Numbered from the stretch's first letter, positions 43,508-56,200 are shown. The stretch is 64,000 bases of DNA from Chloroflexota bacterium (GCA_021372475.1 JAJFUJ010000162.1:15173-79172), one strand, 5' to 3'. Notes: generated by a model from the sequence alone, not told the origin. Made by a program: numbers and translations.

Positions 43508-44317
43508 ATGCATCCCTATCTGAACTTGGACTGCGAGCGCGAGACCGCACGTATCTGCCGGTTTATCGCGCAAACGCTTTGCGAAGCACATTGCTCCAAG
43601 CTGGTGCTTGGACTTTCCGGCGGAATAGACTCCACCCTGATAGCCACCCTTGCGGTGCGTTGCCTTGGCGCAGAGAACGTGCTGGGTGTGCTGATGCCGT
43701 ACCGCACATCTAACCCGGATAGCACGGCCCACGGCCTGTTGGCCGCCAAGACATTGCATATCCATCCGCGGCGTTTTGAGATAACGCTCATGGTAGAAGC
43801 GCTCAGCAAGGCCAACCCGCATATGAGCGCTTTGCGTATGGGCAATATTATGGCGCGCTGCCGGATGACCGTGCTCTATGATTGTTCAGCCGATTTCGGC
43901 GGATTGGTCGCTGGCACAAGCAACCGCACCGAAACGCTGCTTGGTTACTTTACCTTGTACGGCGATAGCGCCGCGGCGCTCAAGCCGATCGCCCATCTAT
44001 ATAAATGCCAGGTCAGGCAGTTGGCGGCTTACTTGGGATTACCGCAGGTGATTATAGATAAGGCTCCCAGCGCCGACCTCTGGGAAGGGCAAACCGACGA
44101 AAGTGACCTGGGCTTTACCTATGACCAGGCTGACGAAGTGCTGTATTTGCTAAGCGAATGCCACTGGAGTATCGCTCAGGTTGCTGCGGCAGGCATCGGT
44201 GCGGAGATAGCCCAAGCTGTCGCCAAGCGCATGGCAGCGAATGCTTTCAAGCGCGCTGAACCAGCCGCGTTAATCCCTGATAATCCACTGGCACAATCAC
44301 CAGCGGCAGTGCGGTGA
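43508..44317 (+). CDS. nadE: NH3-dependent NAD+ synthetase
   Basis: PP-loop LGLSGGIDST. Length of 269 aa. Confidence 0.85.
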   Translation: MHPYLNLDCERETARICRFIAQTLCEAHCSKLVLGLSGGIDSTLIATLAVRCLGAENVLGVLMPYRTSNPDSTAHGLLAAKTLHIHPRRFEITLMVEALSKANPHMSALRMGNIMARCRMTVLYDCSADFGGLVAGTSNRTETLLGYFTLYGDSAAALKPIAHLYKCQVRQLAAYLGLPQVIIDKAPSADLWEGQTDESDLGFTYDQADEVLYLLSECHWSIAQVAAAGIGAEIAQAVAKRMAANAFKRAEPAALIPDNPLAQSPAAVR

Positions 44318-45444
44318 ATATGCTTAAAAATAAAGGACTACTGGCTCTCGAGGATGGCAGCACCTATGCAGGCGAATCGGTTGCCGCAGCGGGCGAATGG
44401 GTGGGCGAGATTGTCTTTAACACCTCGATGATGGGCTATCAGGAGATCATCACCGACCCCTCCTATTGGGGACAGATGGTGGTCTTCACCTACCCGCATA
44501 TCGGCAATGTCGGCGTCAACGAACAGGATGTCGAATCCAGGCAGCCATATGTGCGCGCTGTGATTGCCCGCCAAATTTGTAAACAACCTTCCAATTGGCG
44601 CGCTACCAGCTCACTTCCCGCTTATTTATGTCAAGCGGGTGTGCCCGCCCTATCGGGGATAGACACCCGCAGCTTGACGCTAAGGCTGCGCACCAAGGGC
44701 GTTATGCGGGCAGCCATTTCTACCGTTCGTTTCGAGCCGGAGCGGCTCATCGAGATGGCGCGCAATGCGCCGGATATGAGCGCACTGGAGCCGGCCGATG
44801 AGGTAACCTCCGCTATAGTGAACCGCTGGACGGAAGCTATCCCGGAAGCCTGGCAGCCGGTAGTGCGCACGAGCTGCAAAGCTCCCCTGGTTGTAGTGCT
44901 TGATTGCGGCACAAAGCGCAATATCATGCGCTGCCTGGTTACCTTCGGGGCGCAGGTTACGACAGTGCCTGCTTCCACATCGGCTGAACGTATCCTGGCG
45001 CTCAAACCGGATGGCGTGCTGGTGAGCAACGGGCCGGGCGATCCCACGAGTTGGCTGCCGACCGTTGAGACCATCCGCCAATTGATTGGGCGGGTGCCTC
45101 TCTTTGGATTATGTCTCGGACATCAGCTTATCGCCCTAGCCTGCGGTGCACGTACTTATAAATTGCCGTTCGGGCACCACGGCAGCAATCATCCAATCCA
45201 ACCTGTGGGCGGCGGCCTGGTTGAGATAACAGCTCAGAATCATAACTATGTGGTGAGCGGCGATTCTATCGCCAACTCTCCCCTGGAAGTAACCTACCGC
45301 AATCTGAACGACGGCACTATCGAGGGCCTGCGTTCTGCTGCGCTGCACATTACGACCGTTCAACACCACCCCGAGGCTTCGCCAGGGCCGCACGATAGCC
45401 GGCACCTGTTAGCTGAATTTGTAAACTCGCTTGGTGAAGCTTAG
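44314..45444 (+). CDS. carA: Carbamoyl-phosphate synthase small (glutaminase) subunit
   Basis: [32 protein letters not shown]. Triad context GLCLGHQL. Confidence 0.92.
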   Translation: MNMLKNKGLLALEDGSTYAGESVAAAGEWVGEIVFNTSMMGYQEIITDPSYWGQMVVFTYPHIGNVGVNEQDVESRQPYVRAVIARQICKQPSNWRATSSLPAYLCQAGVPALSGIDTRSLTLRLRTKGVMRAAISTVRFEPERLIEMARNAPDMSALEPADEVTSAIVNRWTEAIPEAWQPVVRTSCKAPLVVVLDCGTKRNIMRCLVTFGAQVTTVPASTSAERILALKPDGVLVSNGPGDPTSWLPTVETIRQLIGRVPLFGLCLGHQLIALACGARTYKLPFGHHGSNHPIQPVGGGLVEITAQNHNYVVSGDSIANSPLEVTYRNLNDGTIEGLRSAALHITTVQHHPEASPGPHDSRHLLAEFVNSLGEA

Positions 45445-45467
45445 CTGTAACACCCTTAGGAAATTGT

Positions 45468-48400
45468 ATGCCTAAACGAAATGACCTGCACAGGATTCTG
45501 ATAATCGGCTCCGGCCCGATCGTCATCGGCCAAGCTTGTGAGTTCGATTATTCCGGGACACAGGCCTGTAAAGCCCTGCGCGAAGAGGGCTATCAGACGG
45601 TGCTCGTGAACTCGAATCCTGCTTCGATTATGACCGATCCCGAGATTGCCGATATCACCTACATTGAGCCATTGACGTCTCAGGTACTGGAGCGCATCAT
45701 CGCCCAAGAACGGCCTGATGCCTTATTATCGACGATGGGCGGGCAGACTGCGCTCAACCTCGCGACCGAGTTGTTCCGCTCCGGCGCACTGGAACGCTAC
45801 CACGTCGAGCTAATCGGCGCCAACGCGCACTCGATCGAGTTGGCCGAGGACCGCGAGCTGTTCAAGCGCACCATGCTGGGGGCCGGACTGGATGTCCCGC
45901 GCAGCTTTTCCATCACCACGCCCGAAGAGGCGCGGATGGTGCTCGCGCAGGTCGGTTTGCCGGCCATCATCCGTCCTTCGTTTACCCTGGGCGGCACGGG
46001 GAGCGGCATCGCCTATAACCGTGAGGATTATGACGAAATGATTGACCACGGCCTGGAGCAAAGCCCGGTGCACCAGGTGCTGGTTGAGGAATCGGTTATC
46101 GGTTGGAAAGAGATCGAGATCGAAGGCATGCGCGATGCGGACAGCAACTTTGTTGTCGTCTGCACAATCGAGAATATGGACCCGATGGGGGTTCATACGG
46201 GCGACAGCATCACGGTAGCGCCCATTCAGACGTTGACCGATAAGGAGTACCAGGTACTGCGCGACCAAACTCGCATCATCATGGAATGCGTCGGAGTAGA
46301 GACCGGCGGATCCAATGTCCAGTTCGCCATCCACCCCGAGACGGGGCGCACCGTCGTCATCGAGATGAACCCACGCGTCTCGCGCAGTTCAGCCTTATCC
46401 AGCAAAGCTACCGGCTTTCCGATAGCCAAAATCGCTGCCAAGCTGGCCGTCGGCTACCGTTTGCCCGAAATCAGAAACGACATCACGCGCGAGACGCCGG
46501 CCTCTTTCGAGCCGATGCTGGATTATGTGGTGGTCAAGATTCCACGTTGGAATATGGAGAAATTCCCGCAGGCTGACGCGACACTCGGCACGCAGATGAA
46601 GTCGGTCGGCGAGGTGATGGCGATTGGCCGCACCTTTGGCGAGGCGCTCAATAAAGGTCTCTGCGCTCGTGAAGACAGCCGCGACGGCATCTTTGACCGT
46701 GAGGCCGCTAATGCTTCGCTGGAAGAGATCCGGCGGCACTTGATAGTGCCTAACCCGGAGCGTGTCTTTTATATTGTGCCGGCCCTCGATGCCGGATTGA
46801 GCATTGCTGAAATTAACGAGCTTGCGCACATCGACCCCTGGTTCCTGCGCGAGATTGACTCCATGCGCGAGCTGCGCGATCAGATTAGCGGAGCGCCCCT
46901 GGAATCCATTGATGCGGATATGTTGCGCACACTCAAACGCGCCGGATTTGCTGACCGATTGATTGGGCGTCTCGTTTCCCCCAAGCTGCCCGAACTCGAG
47001 GTGCGCGCCTACCGCAAGAGATTAGGCATCCTGCCGGTCTATTCGCGTGTAGATACTTGCGCCGCCGAGTTCCCGGCGCACACCCCCTATCTCTACAGCA
47101 ACTATGAATCGGTATGTGAAGCCGACCCAAGCAGTGCACGCAAGATAATCGTCCTCGGCAGCGGACCAAACCGCATCGGGCAGGGCATCGAATTCGATTA
47201 TTGCTGTACCCACGCCGTCAAGGCCTTCCGCGAGATGGGTTTTGAGACCACCATGATTAACTGCAACCCGGAAACGGTCTCTACCGATTATGATGAAAGC
47301 GACCGGCTCTACTTTGAACCGCTGACCCTGGAGCATATCCTCAATATCTGCGACCTCGAGCACCCCGAGGGTGTAGTCGTGCAATTCGGGGGGCAGACGC
47401 CGCTCAAACTGGTGGGCAAGCTGGCCGCGGCCGGTGTGCCTATCCTGGGGACCTCGCCGGAGGGGATCGACCTGGCGGAGGATCGCGAGCGATTCGGCGC
47501 GCTGATGCAAGAGATTGGCCTGCCGATGCCTGACCATGGCTGCGCTCGTTCGCCCGCTGAAGCCTTCGAGGTTGCCAGCAGTATCGGTTACCCGGTCATC
47601 GTGCGGCCTTCTTATGTCTTGGGCGGCCGGGCAATGGCCATCGTATATACTCCCCAGGATTTGGAGCAGTATATCCGCTCTGCAGTGCAGGTAGCCGAGG
47701 ATACGCCGATTCTAATCGATAGATTTCTCGAGGATGCTTTCGAAATGGATGTGGACTGCGTCTGTGATGGGAAGGACGTCCGCATTGCCGCCATTATGGA
47801 GCAGATCGAGCTGACCGGCGTGCACTCTGGTGACAGCGCCTGTGTGATTCCAACCGTCATGGTGGGCGAAGAGGCGCTGCAGACGCTGCGCGACTATACG
47901 CGGCGCCTGGCTCAGGCGCTCAAGACTGAGGGCTGCCTCAATATCCAGTATGCGATGAAAGATGGCACCGTATACGTCATCGAAGCTAATCCGCGCGCTT
48001 CACGGACTGTGCCGTATGTCAGCAAGGCTACCGGCGTCACCTGGGTGCGGGTAGCTTGTGAGATCCTGGCCGGGCACATGCTGCAAGAGATGCATGTCCC
48101 TGATGAACCGCTGTTGCACGGACATTTTTGTAAGGAAGTCGTCATGCCGTTTCTCAAATTCCCCGGTGAGCCTGCCATCCTGTTGCCCGAGATGCGCAGC
48201 ACCGGTGAGGTGATGGGCATGGACGAAAGTTTTGGTATGGCCTATGCCAAGGCGCAGATGGCGGCCGGCAACTCGCTGCCGACGCGGGGCACGGTGTTTC
48301 TTTCGGTTAACAACCACGATAAGCAGAACCTGCTGCCAATCGCGCAGAAACTGGCAGCCCTTGGCTTCAAGATGGTCGCCACTCGCGGGACTGCCCAGGC

Positions 48401-48695
48401 TTTGCGTACGGCAGGGCTGGATGTCGCCACCATCCTCAAAGTTAGCGAAGGCCGTCCGAACGGTGTTGATTTGATAATCAACGGTGAAATCGACTTGGTC
48501 ATAAATACACCGCTGGGCAGCCGGGCCTTTGGTGACGAGCACCTGCTGCGCCAAGCAGCGATAAACCACGGCGTGCCTGTACTGACAACTTTGTCAGGAG
48601 CACATGCGGCGGCGATGGCAATCGAGAGTTTGCGCAACGGTCGTGTTGAGGTAAAGAGTCTGCAGGAGCACATGCGGGAACGGATTGGCGGTTAA
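45468..48695 (+). CDS. carB: Carbamoyl-phosphate synthase large subunit
   Basis: 1075 aa with duplicated ATP-grasp halves ([24 protein letters not shown] / [24 protein letters not shown]) and the MGS-like C-terminus. Confidence 0.95.
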   Translation: MPKRNDLHRILIIGSGPIVIGQACEFDYSGTQACKALREEGYQTVLVNSNPASIMTDPEIADITYIEPLTSQVLERIIAQERPDALLSTMGGQTALNLATELFRSGALERYHVELIGANAHSIELAEDRELFKRTMLGAGLDVPRSFSITTPEEARMVLAQVGLPAIIRPSFTLGGTGSGIAYNREDYDEMIDHGLEQSPVHQVLVEESVIGWKEIEIEGMRDADSNFVVVCTIENMDPMGVHTGDSITVAPIQTLTDKEYQVLRDQTRIIMECVGVETGGSNVQFAIHPETGRTVVIEMNPRVSRSSALSSKATGFPIAKIAAKLAVGYRLPEIRNDITRETPASFEPMLDYVVVKIPRWNMEKFPQADATLGTQMKSVGEVMAIGRTFGEALNKGLCAREDSRDGIFDREAANASLEEIRRHLIVPNPERVFYIVPALDAGLSIAEINELAHIDPWFLREIDSMRELRDQISGAPLESIDADMLRTLKRAGFADRLIGRLVSPKLPELEVRAYRKRLGILPVYSRVDTCAAEFPAHTPYLYSNYESVCEADPSSARKIIVLGSGPNRIGQGIEFDYCCTHAVKAFREMGFETTMINCNPETVSTDYDESDRLYFEPLTLEHILNICDLEHPEGVVVQFGGQTPLKLVGKLAAAGVPILGTSPEGIDLAEDRERFGALMQEIGLPMPDHGCARSPAEAFEVASSIGYPVIVRPSYVLGGRAMAIVYTPQDLEQYIRSAVQVAEDTPILIDRFLEDAFEMDVDCVCDGKDVRIAAIMEQIELTGVHSGDSACVIPTVMVGEEALQTLRDYTRRLAQALKTEGCLNIQYAMKDGTVYVIEANPRASRTVPYVSKATGVTWVRVACEILAGHMLQEMHVPDEPLLHGHFCKEVVMPFLKFPGEPAILLPEMRSTGEVMGMDESFGMAYAKAQMAAGNSLPTRGTVFLSVNNHDKQNLLPIAQKLAALGFKMVATRGTAQALRTAGLDVATILKVSEGRPNGVDLIINGEIDLVINTPLGSRAFGDEHLLRQAAINHGVPVLTTLSGAHAAAMAIESLRNGRVEVKSLQEHMRERIGG

Positions 48696-50194
48696 TGCCT
48701 CCTTCAGAAGCGGTTGTTACGGTTCGCGACATCATACACCTGGCGCTGCCTTCTGGGACTACTGTCGCCGGCGGGAGCTCGGCGCTCGAGCATAAGGTTG
48801 AGTGGGTAACCTCGCTGCGTGCAGCGTTTCCCCTGTTTGGCTCGCTGGATAGCGGCTATCTGGCGATTGCCAGGCTGAGCCTGGCTCGCGGCCTGGATAA
48901 CCGGATTACTCCGGCTTATCTGATTGCCGAGCTACACCGCGTCGAGGCGGCCGCCCTGGTTGTCGATGAACCCATCTCTGAGCAGGATGCTCATTTAGCT
49001 GATGAGTTTGCTCTCCCCGTTATCTGTCTCCCTCCCGCCAGCGATCTGTATGAGATTGAGCGCAGCGCTCTGCGCACCATTATCGACCGCGAGGGTCAGA
49101 TAACCCGACGCGAACTAGAGATACGCCAGCGTCTGTACGCAGTATTCGAGCGCGGCGGAATAGAGTCACTCCTCGCTGAAGCCGCTGCAATCTGCGGTGG
49201 CAGATGGGTGCTATATACCCCCAACCACTCCCGTGTGGCATCCGCTGGCAGCGGCAGCCAGCCGCAGGAGCAGCAATACCTCGTTTCTGTCGCCGGACGT
49301 ACCCATGGTCAGCTTTCGGTATTTTTGGAGCATACGCCAACCAATTTAACCGAACAAATCACGGTTCGTCAGACGGTTGATATTTGCGGGATCGCTCTGG
49401 TGGAGCTAACCGCCCGACGTGAAGCTGAGGAACGCTTCGGCGCCGAATTGATCGAGCAACTCCTGAACAATACGGAGGATGGAGCGACCATTACCAAGCG
49501 GTTAGAGCGGCTCGGTCTATCGGTAATAGATAACAATTGCAGTATCGCCGCCGTGCTGGGCGGAGTTGGCGACCATGCTGCAGCAGCCAGCGAGGATGTC
49601 GCTTTTCGCCTGGTCAATATCAGCAAGCAGGATGGCGCTCAGGCTATTGCGGCCCCGTATCGGCATCTGATTGTCGTGATAATGAGCACGAAAAACCAGA
49701 TGCCGGATCGTACCAGCCATCGGTGGCTGCAGCAGGCATTCGAGCCGACCAGCGCAGACTGCATGGTCGGCGTGGGACGCTGCTTGCACGGAGTAGCGGG
49801 GATTCGCCAATCCGTGCTGCAAGCGATTGATGCCTGGGATCTTGGGCAGTATATCAAGACTACCAGCGGTCCGTTTTACTACGAGGAACTCGGATTGTAC
49901 CGTTTACTCGCCCGGCTGCGGGGTAACGATGAGATGCACCGCTTTTACCAGGAAACCTTGGGAGCGCTGGCTGATTATGACAAGCGCCACAATGCCGAAC
50001 TCGTACATACGCTTGCAGTCTTTTTTGAACAGAACGCGAACGCCAGCCAAGCCGCACGCGCTCTCTACATTCACCGCAACACGCTTAATTACCGCTTACA
50101 GAGAATCTGTGAAATCACTGGGCTCAACCTTGAGGATCCTGAAGCTCGCTTAGCGTTTCAAATTGCCCTAAAAATTCACCGAATATCTGCCTAG
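48695..50194 (+). CDS. PucR/CdaR-family transcriptional regulator
   Basis: C-terminal PucR-type HTH (ASQAARALYIHRNTLNYRLQRICEITGL). The start codon overlaps the carB stop (ATGA). Confidence 0.75.
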   Translation: MPPSEAVVTVRDIIHLALPSGTTVAGGSSALEHKVEWVTSLRAAFPLFGSLDSGYLAIARLSLARGLDNRITPAYLIAELHRVEAAALVVDEPISEQDAHLADEFALPVICLPPASDLYEIERSALRTIIDREGQITRRELEIRQRLYAVFERGGIESLLAEAAAICGGRWVLYTPNHSRVASAGSGSQPQEQQYLVSVAGRTHGQLSVFLEHTPTNLTEQITVRQTVDICGIALVELTARREAEERFGAELIEQLLNNTEDGATITKRLERLGLSVIDNNCSIAAVLGGVGDHAAAASEDVAFRLVNISKQDGAQAIAAPYRHLIVVIMSTKNQMPDRTSHRWLQQAFEPTSADCMVGVGRCLHGVAGIRQSVLQAIDAWDLGQYIKTTSGPFYYEELGLYRLLARLRGNDEMHRFYQETLGALADYDKRHNAELVHTLAVFFEQNANASQAARALYIHRNTLNYRLQRICEITGLNLEDPEARLAFQIALKIHRISA

Positions 50195-50322
50195 TTGGGC
50201 ATCTTGCACAAATACTCGCCGGCTATACTGTCATACTTGCCCGATGTGAAAGCGTTTCGAATCGTATATATTCTTTAGCGTAACTTGCCTTACGCGCCAT
50301 GCTGCAATGGGGAGTTGCTGTA

Positions 50323-51648
50323 ATGTTTTACTCCGTAAATCAAGTGCTCCAGCTCGTACAGGAAGGAGAAATTCAGTTTATTAACTTGCAATTCTCCGAC
50401 ATTGTTGGGCTGCTCAAGAGCATCACATTGCCTGCCAAGCAGCTCGAACAAGCTTTTACAAACGGAGTCTGGTTCGATGGCTCCTCGATTGAAGGATTTG
50501 CGCGCGTCAGTGAGAGCGATATGTTCCTTGTGCCGGATCCTGCCTCGTTCGCCATCATCCCTTGGCGAGATGGGGCTCATAAAACCGCCCGTTTGATTTG
50601 TAACGTATATACGCCGGATGGCGATGAGTTTATTGGCTCACCGCGCGGCGCCTTGAAGCGCACCGTAGCCGAAGCCGCCAAGTTAGGTTACTCGTACCAA
50701 GTTGGCCCAGAGTATGAGTTCTTTTTGTTTGGCACCGATGACAATGGCGATCCAGATCCGGATGTTATCCATGACCATGCCGGCTATTTTGATTCCACTG
50801 CTGACAGGGCGACCCTGGTCAGGCAAGATATGATAAACGCTCTGGAAGCGTTAGGCATCGAGGTCGAGACCGGACACCACGAGTGTGCGCCCGGGCAGCA
50901 TGAAATCGATTTTAGGTACAGTGATGCCTTGTCCGCTGCGGATAATTCGATTACTTTCAAATACGTTCTCAAAACAATCGCACAAAAGCATAATTTATAT
51001 GCTTCATTTATGCCTAAACCACTGATGTCTGTGCCGGGCTCGGGCATGCACTGTCATCAAAGTCTGTGTTTTTTAGAGACCGGCAGCAATGCCTTTGCCG
51101 ATGCTGCCGACCCCTATGGCTTATCGAAAACAGCCAAGCAGTTTATCGCCGGCCAGCTTGCGCATGCGCGCGGCATGTCGGCAATTGTTGCCCCTTTGGT
51201 GAACTCTTATAAGCGCCTTGTGCCAGGCTATGAGGCACCTATTTATGTGAGCTGGGCGCGCATTAATCGTTCGGCGCTGATTCGCGTCCCGCGCTCCAAT
51301 AATAGTAACGTGCGCTTGGAGTTGCGCTGCCCTGACCCCAGTTGCAACCCATATTTGGCGTTGGCCGTCATGCTGGCAGCCGGGTTGGATGGAATTGTCA
51401 ACGATTTACCGCTGCCTGACCCAACCGAAGAGGATTTATTCGAATCCGAATGGGCCCGCCACGGGCTACAGATGTTACCCCGCACACTGCGGGAAGCGCT
51501 GGATGAGCTGGAGCGAGACACCGTTATCCAGCAAGCACTGGGGCCGCATATCCTTGAGCGTTTTGTGGATGCTAAAACGCAGGAATGGGAGGATTATCGT
51601 GTTGATGTGAGCTCTTGGGAGCGCAACCGTTACTTGAGGATTTTCTAA
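50323..51648 (+). CDS. glnA: Glutamine synthetase type I (GSI-alpha-like, no adenylylation tyrosine)
   Basis: GS beta-grasp and catalytic domains (FDGSSIEGF, GPEYEFFLF, MPKPL...GSGMHCHQSL). F replaces Y at the adenylylation-site position (EEDLFESEW). Start moved to ATG 50323, which lies behind a GGGGAG RBS. Confidence 0.85.
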   Translation: MFYSVNQVLQLVQEGEIQFINLQFSDIVGLLKSITLPAKQLEQAFTNGVWFDGSSIEGFARVSESDMFLVPDPASFAIIPWRDGAHKTARLICNVYTPDGDEFIGSPRGALKRTVAEAAKLGYSYQVGPEYEFFLFGTDDNGDPDPDVIHDHAGYFDSTADRATLVRQDMINALEALGIEVETGHHECAPGQHEIDFRYSDALSAADNSITFKYVLKTIAQKHNLYASFMPKPLMSVPGSGMHCHQSLCFLETGSNAFADAADPYGLSKTAKQFIAGQLAHARGMSAIVAPLVNSYKRLVPGYEAPIYVSWARINRSALIRVPRSNNSNVRLELRCPDPSCNPYLALAVMLAAGLDGIVNDLPLPDPTEEDLFESEWARHGLQMLPRTLREALDELERDTVIQQALGPHILERFVDAKTQEWEDYRVDVSSWERNRYLRIF

Positions 51649-51753
51649 CGTTATCAGAGTGAATCCTGGGATTAGTTAGGTATACCTGATATTGGATAGC
51701 AGACAATGGGCTTAATGACGTTATTTATTATTTTTCGCATGGGAGGGATCTAG

Positions 51754-53169
51754 ATGCCAGGTTCTGTAAAGGATGTTTTAGAATTGGGTAAAAGCGTCAA
51801 GATGGTGGACATCCGCTTCACTGATTTGCCGGGTGTTTGGCAGCATTTTACCATTCCTGTTAACCGCCTGGATGAAGACTTGTTTACAAATGGAATAGGT
51901 TTTGACGGTTCGTCGATCCGCGGCTTTAAGGAGATTCACGAATCCGATATGCTGCTTATGCCGGATCCAGCCAGCGCGTTCATCGACCCGATTTTTGAGG
52001 TGCCAACCCTGGATATCGTCTGTGACGTCTACGACCCGGTTACGCTCCAACCATACGGCCGCGACCCGCGCTATGTAGCTCGCAAGGCCGAGGCTTATCT
52101 CAAGCAGACCGGCATCGCCGACTCAGCCTATATGGGGCCTGAGGCTGAGTTCTTTATCTTCAGTGATGTACGTTACGGCGTTGAATCAAATTCTGCCTTC
52201 TACCGTATTGACAGCCCTGAAGGCTGGTGGAATTCAGCCAGCGAAGAAGGCACCCACCTGGGCGGACAGATTCCACCCAAACGCGGCTATTTCCCCGTCC
52301 CACCTACCGACACCCTGCAGGATGTCCGTAGCAAGATGGTGCTGGCCTTGATGGCCAGCGGCATGGAGATAGAGATTCATCATCACGAAGTCGCTACGGC
52401 CGGTCAATCAGAAATTGGCCAAAAGTTCAATACGCTGCTCAAATCTGCTGACGGCGTGATGAAATACAAATACATCATCAAGAACGTAGCGCGCCAAAAC
52501 GGGCTCACCGCGACATTTATGCCCAAGCCGCTCTTTGGCGATAACGGCAGTGGGATGCACACCCACCAAAGCTTGTGGAAGAAGGGCGTCAATCTCTTTT
52601 ACGACGAAGCCGGTTACGCCCAACTCTCCGACTATGCCCGCTGGTATATCGGCGGCCTGCTCAAACACGCCCCTGCGCTGTTAGCTTTTACATCGCCAAC
52701 CACCAACTCCTACCGCCGCTTGGTGCCTGGTTTTGAAGCGCCGGTTATCCTGGCATATTCACAGCGCAACCGTTCGGCCGCCTGCCGTATTCCAGTGTAT
52801 TCCAAGAGTCCCAGCGCCAAACGCGTCGAGTTCCGCCCGCCCGACCCGAGCTGCAATCCTTACCTGGGCTTTGCCGCGATGTTAATGGCCGGCCTGGATG
52901 GCATCCAGAACCGCATCGACCCCGGCGAACCGATGGATAAAGATCTCTACGGCCTAAAGCCGGAGGAACTCGAGGCAATCCGGCAGGTGCCCGGTTCACT
53001 CACTGCCGTACTCGATGCTGTTGAGGCCGACCACGACTTTTTGACCAAGGGAGATGTCTTCACGGAGGATTTGATCGAGACATGGGTAAGCTACAAGCGC
53101 GAAGTCGAAGCTGCACCCATGAGCCTGCGCCCGCATCCTTATGAGTTTATGCTCTATTACGATATTTAG
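51754..53169 (+). CDS. glnA: Glutamine synthetase type I (GSI-beta, adenylylation site conserved)
   Basis: GS motifs [18 protein letters not shown] and [19 protein letters not shown]. Adenylylation loop [12 protein letters not shown] (E. coli NLYDLPPEE). GGGAGGG RBS. Confidence 0.9.
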   Translation: MPGSVKDVLELGKSVKMVDIRFTDLPGVWQHFTIPVNRLDEDLFTNGIGFDGSSIRGFKEIHESDMLLMPDPASAFIDPIFEVPTLDIVCDVYDPVTLQPYGRDPRYVARKAEAYLKQTGIADSAYMGPEAEFFIFSDVRYGVESNSAFYRIDSPEGWWNSASEEGTHLGGQIPPKRGYFPVPPTDTLQDVRSKMVLALMASGMEIEIHHHEVATAGQSEIGQKFNTLLKSADGVMKYKYIIKNVARQNGLTATFMPKPLFGDNGSGMHTHQSLWKKGVNLFYDEAGYAQLSDYARWYIGGLLKHAPALLAFTSPTTNSYRRLVPGFEAPVILAYSQRNRSAACRIPVYSKSPSAKRVEFRPPDPSCNPYLGFAAMLMAGLDGIQNRIDPGEPMDKDLYGLKPEELEAIRQVPGSLTAVLDAVEADHDFLTKGDVFTEDLIETWVSYKREVEAAPMSLRPHPYEFMLYYDI

Positions 53170-53190
53170 GTCTTAGCTGCAATCCTCCTC

Positions 53191-53227
53191 CACACAAGCC
53201 GGGCTTAGCCTGGCTTGTGTGTTTTTG
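53191..53227 (+). terminator. Rho-independent terminator after GSI-beta (CACACAAGCCGGG-cttag-CCTGGCTTGTGTG + TTTTTG)
   Basis: 13-bp near-perfect inverted repeat followed by a T-run, 22 nt past the stop. Confidence 0.6.
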
Positions 53228-53272
53228 CGTGATGCCTAAACTAAACCCATAACTCACAGGATTACAGCATCA

Positions 53273-56200
53273 ATGGCAGACTGGCTCGATCCGCGTTTGG
53301 AACCTGTTCTAGAGCGTTTATTACGTTCTATCCCATCTGCGGCTATCCCAGATAGATGGGCAGCTACACTAGTACATGCTCTGAGTACTACCGCTAACCC
53401 TGAACGCGCCCTGCTGAATCTGGATACGTTCAGCCAAAGCGTCGGCGATGCGGCCGCATTCTGGTCCGAGCTGGCAACAAGTCCTCGTCTACTGCAGATA
53501 CTGCTTAGCCTGTTTGCCGGCAGCCAGCACCTCTCGCAGGTATTGATCCGCCACCCAGAATACTGGCCGCGCCTGGTACAGATCCCGTCGCTCGCTCATG
53601 CGGTAGTCCTGCAGCAATATCTGGATGAATTGCAGGTCTATCAGGAATCTGCGGATGACCAGTTACTATCGCAAAACCTCTGCCGTTGGCAGGGATGGGA
53701 AATGCTGCGCATCGGGCTGTGCGATCTGGCTGGTCTGATGGATCTGACTGCCGTCACGACTCAGCTATCCCTTCTGGCGGAGAGCCTGGTGCGCATTTGC
53801 CTGCAGAGGAACCTGAAAAACGAGGCGGCCCAAGGTTTCGTCATCTTGGCATTGGGCAAGTTGGGCGGCCAGGAACTCAACTACAGCTCTGATATTGACC
53901 TGATCTGCTTATCTGAGCATGACACAATTGCTTACGTGCGGGCGGCTGAGCAGGCCGTGCACTTGCTCAGTCAAGTTACCAGCGAAGGTTTTCTTTACCG
54001 AGTGGATATGCGTCTGCGTCCCTGGGGGCAGTCGGGCTCTTTAGTGCCGACGCGAGCTGCCTATACCCGCTACCTGAAGCAGAGCGCCCGCTTGTGGGAG
54101 AAACAGGCTCTGCTCAAAGCGCGTCCAATTGCCGGCGATTTAGCTTTTGGCGCCGCCTTTCTGGCAGAGACCCAGCCGCTTCTGATGAGCTGCGACAACG
54201 AGGCTATTCGCAGCGATGTGCGCGAGATGAAGCAGAAAATCGAGGATGACCTGGCAGAGCACGGCCGCGCCTGGGGCGAAGTCAAACTAGGGCGCGGCTC
54301 TATACGCGATGTTGAGTTTGTTACCCAGTATCTGCAGTTGACGCACTGCGGTAAACATCCTGCCATATTGGGTGGCAACACGGTGAATGTCCTCAAACAG
54401 TTGAGAGACGAGAAAATTATCACCTCGCACGATTACCGTGTTCTGGTCGAAGGATACACTTTTTTACGGCCGCTGGAGCATTACCTGCAGATGACGGATT
54501 ACCGCCAGGTTCACATACTTCCGCAGGAGCAGCATGAACTCGATGCCCTGGCACGCCGGCTCGGATTCCGCGGCGCCAAGGCGGGTGAAGTGCTGCTTGC
54601 CCGGTATCATGAGCATTCTGAAGCGATTCGCGCCGTTTATGAGCAGCAGCTATACGGCAAGGAGGCCGCTATGACAGCTCAGCATAATGCTCTCGAACCC
54701 CTCGTACGCCGCCACCTCGAAAGGCTTAGCCCCTTCTATCTAGAGACGTTTACCGCCGTCGAAATCCAGCACCATGCCGAGTTAATCGAAAGGTTGAATG
54801 AACATAACCTTGTGGAGGTCGAAGCAACAGTAAACCGTGATAGCCAGGTCGCTCTGACGATTGTGGGGTATGACTTCCCCGGCGAATTGTCGCTGATTTG
54901 CGGCTTGCTTTTCGTACATGGCTTTAGTATCAGTGATGGCAACATATTCACCTACGAACCTGCTGAAAACCACCACGAAGAGCTTTCTCGTGAAGAGCAG
55001 CGTCGTAAAATCGTCGATGTCCTGAATGTTACCGAAATACACCCAAGCGGCATAGCCGATATCTGGCAGCGTTACCATGACGATCTCGAGGCGCTTCTGG
55101 CTCAAGTGGAACATGGCAATTCATTGGCCGTACAAGCGGATTTAGCCAGTCGTATTGCGGTTGCCTTACCACCTGCCAATGAGGCCGACATTCATCTGCA
55201 TCCAATCGAGGTCCGCATCGACAACACTTCATCGGAGCGCTATACCTTGCTGCATATCGAGGCGGCCGATACGATGGGCTTCTTATACGAGCTGACTAAC
55301 GCCCTGGCCTTGATGGGTTACCAGATCTCATTGGTGACGGTGGATTCAACCGGGCAGCGCGCGCATGATATTATCTACCTTACGGATGCTGCCGACCGTA
55401 AGGTAACCAGCAAAACCCGCAAGAACGAACTGACCACAGCAGTCATATTGATCAAACACTTTACCCATCTGCTGCCAAGGTCGCCTAATCCGGAATCGGC
55501 CCTGCTGCATTTCCGCGAGTTAGTGGCAGAATTGATGCGCCGCCCCGACTGGATGCATGAGCTATCCTCTCTGGAAAGTCCGGATGTCCTCGCTGTCCTG
55601 ACTAAATTGCTGGGCGTGAGCGACTTTCTATGGGATGACTTCCTGCGCCTGCAGTATGACAGCTTGTTCCCTTTGCTAAACGATATCAACGAGTTAAATG
55701 CAGTCAAGACGCCGCCCGAGCTCGAGGCTGAACTGTGCGCCTTGCTGGACGCTGCGCCTGACTATGCGGCCAAACGCGAGGCACTCAACCGCTTCAAAGA
55801 CCGCGAGATGTTCCGCATCGACTTGCGCCACATCCAGGAGTTAGTCGGCAGCTTTGCCCAGTTCGCCCATGAGTTGACCGACCTGGCTGACGTCGTTATC
55901 CGCACAGGTATTGAGCTGTGTATCGAGCGGGTAGCGGGCCAATACGGCGAGCTGCGTGATGCAACAGGCAACCTTGTGCCCTGGTGCTTGAGTGCGTTGG
56001 GCAAGTGCGGCGGCCGTGAGCTCGGCTATGCCTCTGATATCGAGCTGCTCTTTATCTATTCCGGCATAGTGTCTCCCAACTTGGCCATTTCAGCGAACGA
56101 GTATTACAACAAGGTTATCGTAGAGCTGCTCAACCTGATCCAAAGTAAGCATGAGGGTATATTCCATATCGACTTGCAGCTTCGGCCGTTCGGGAGCGCC

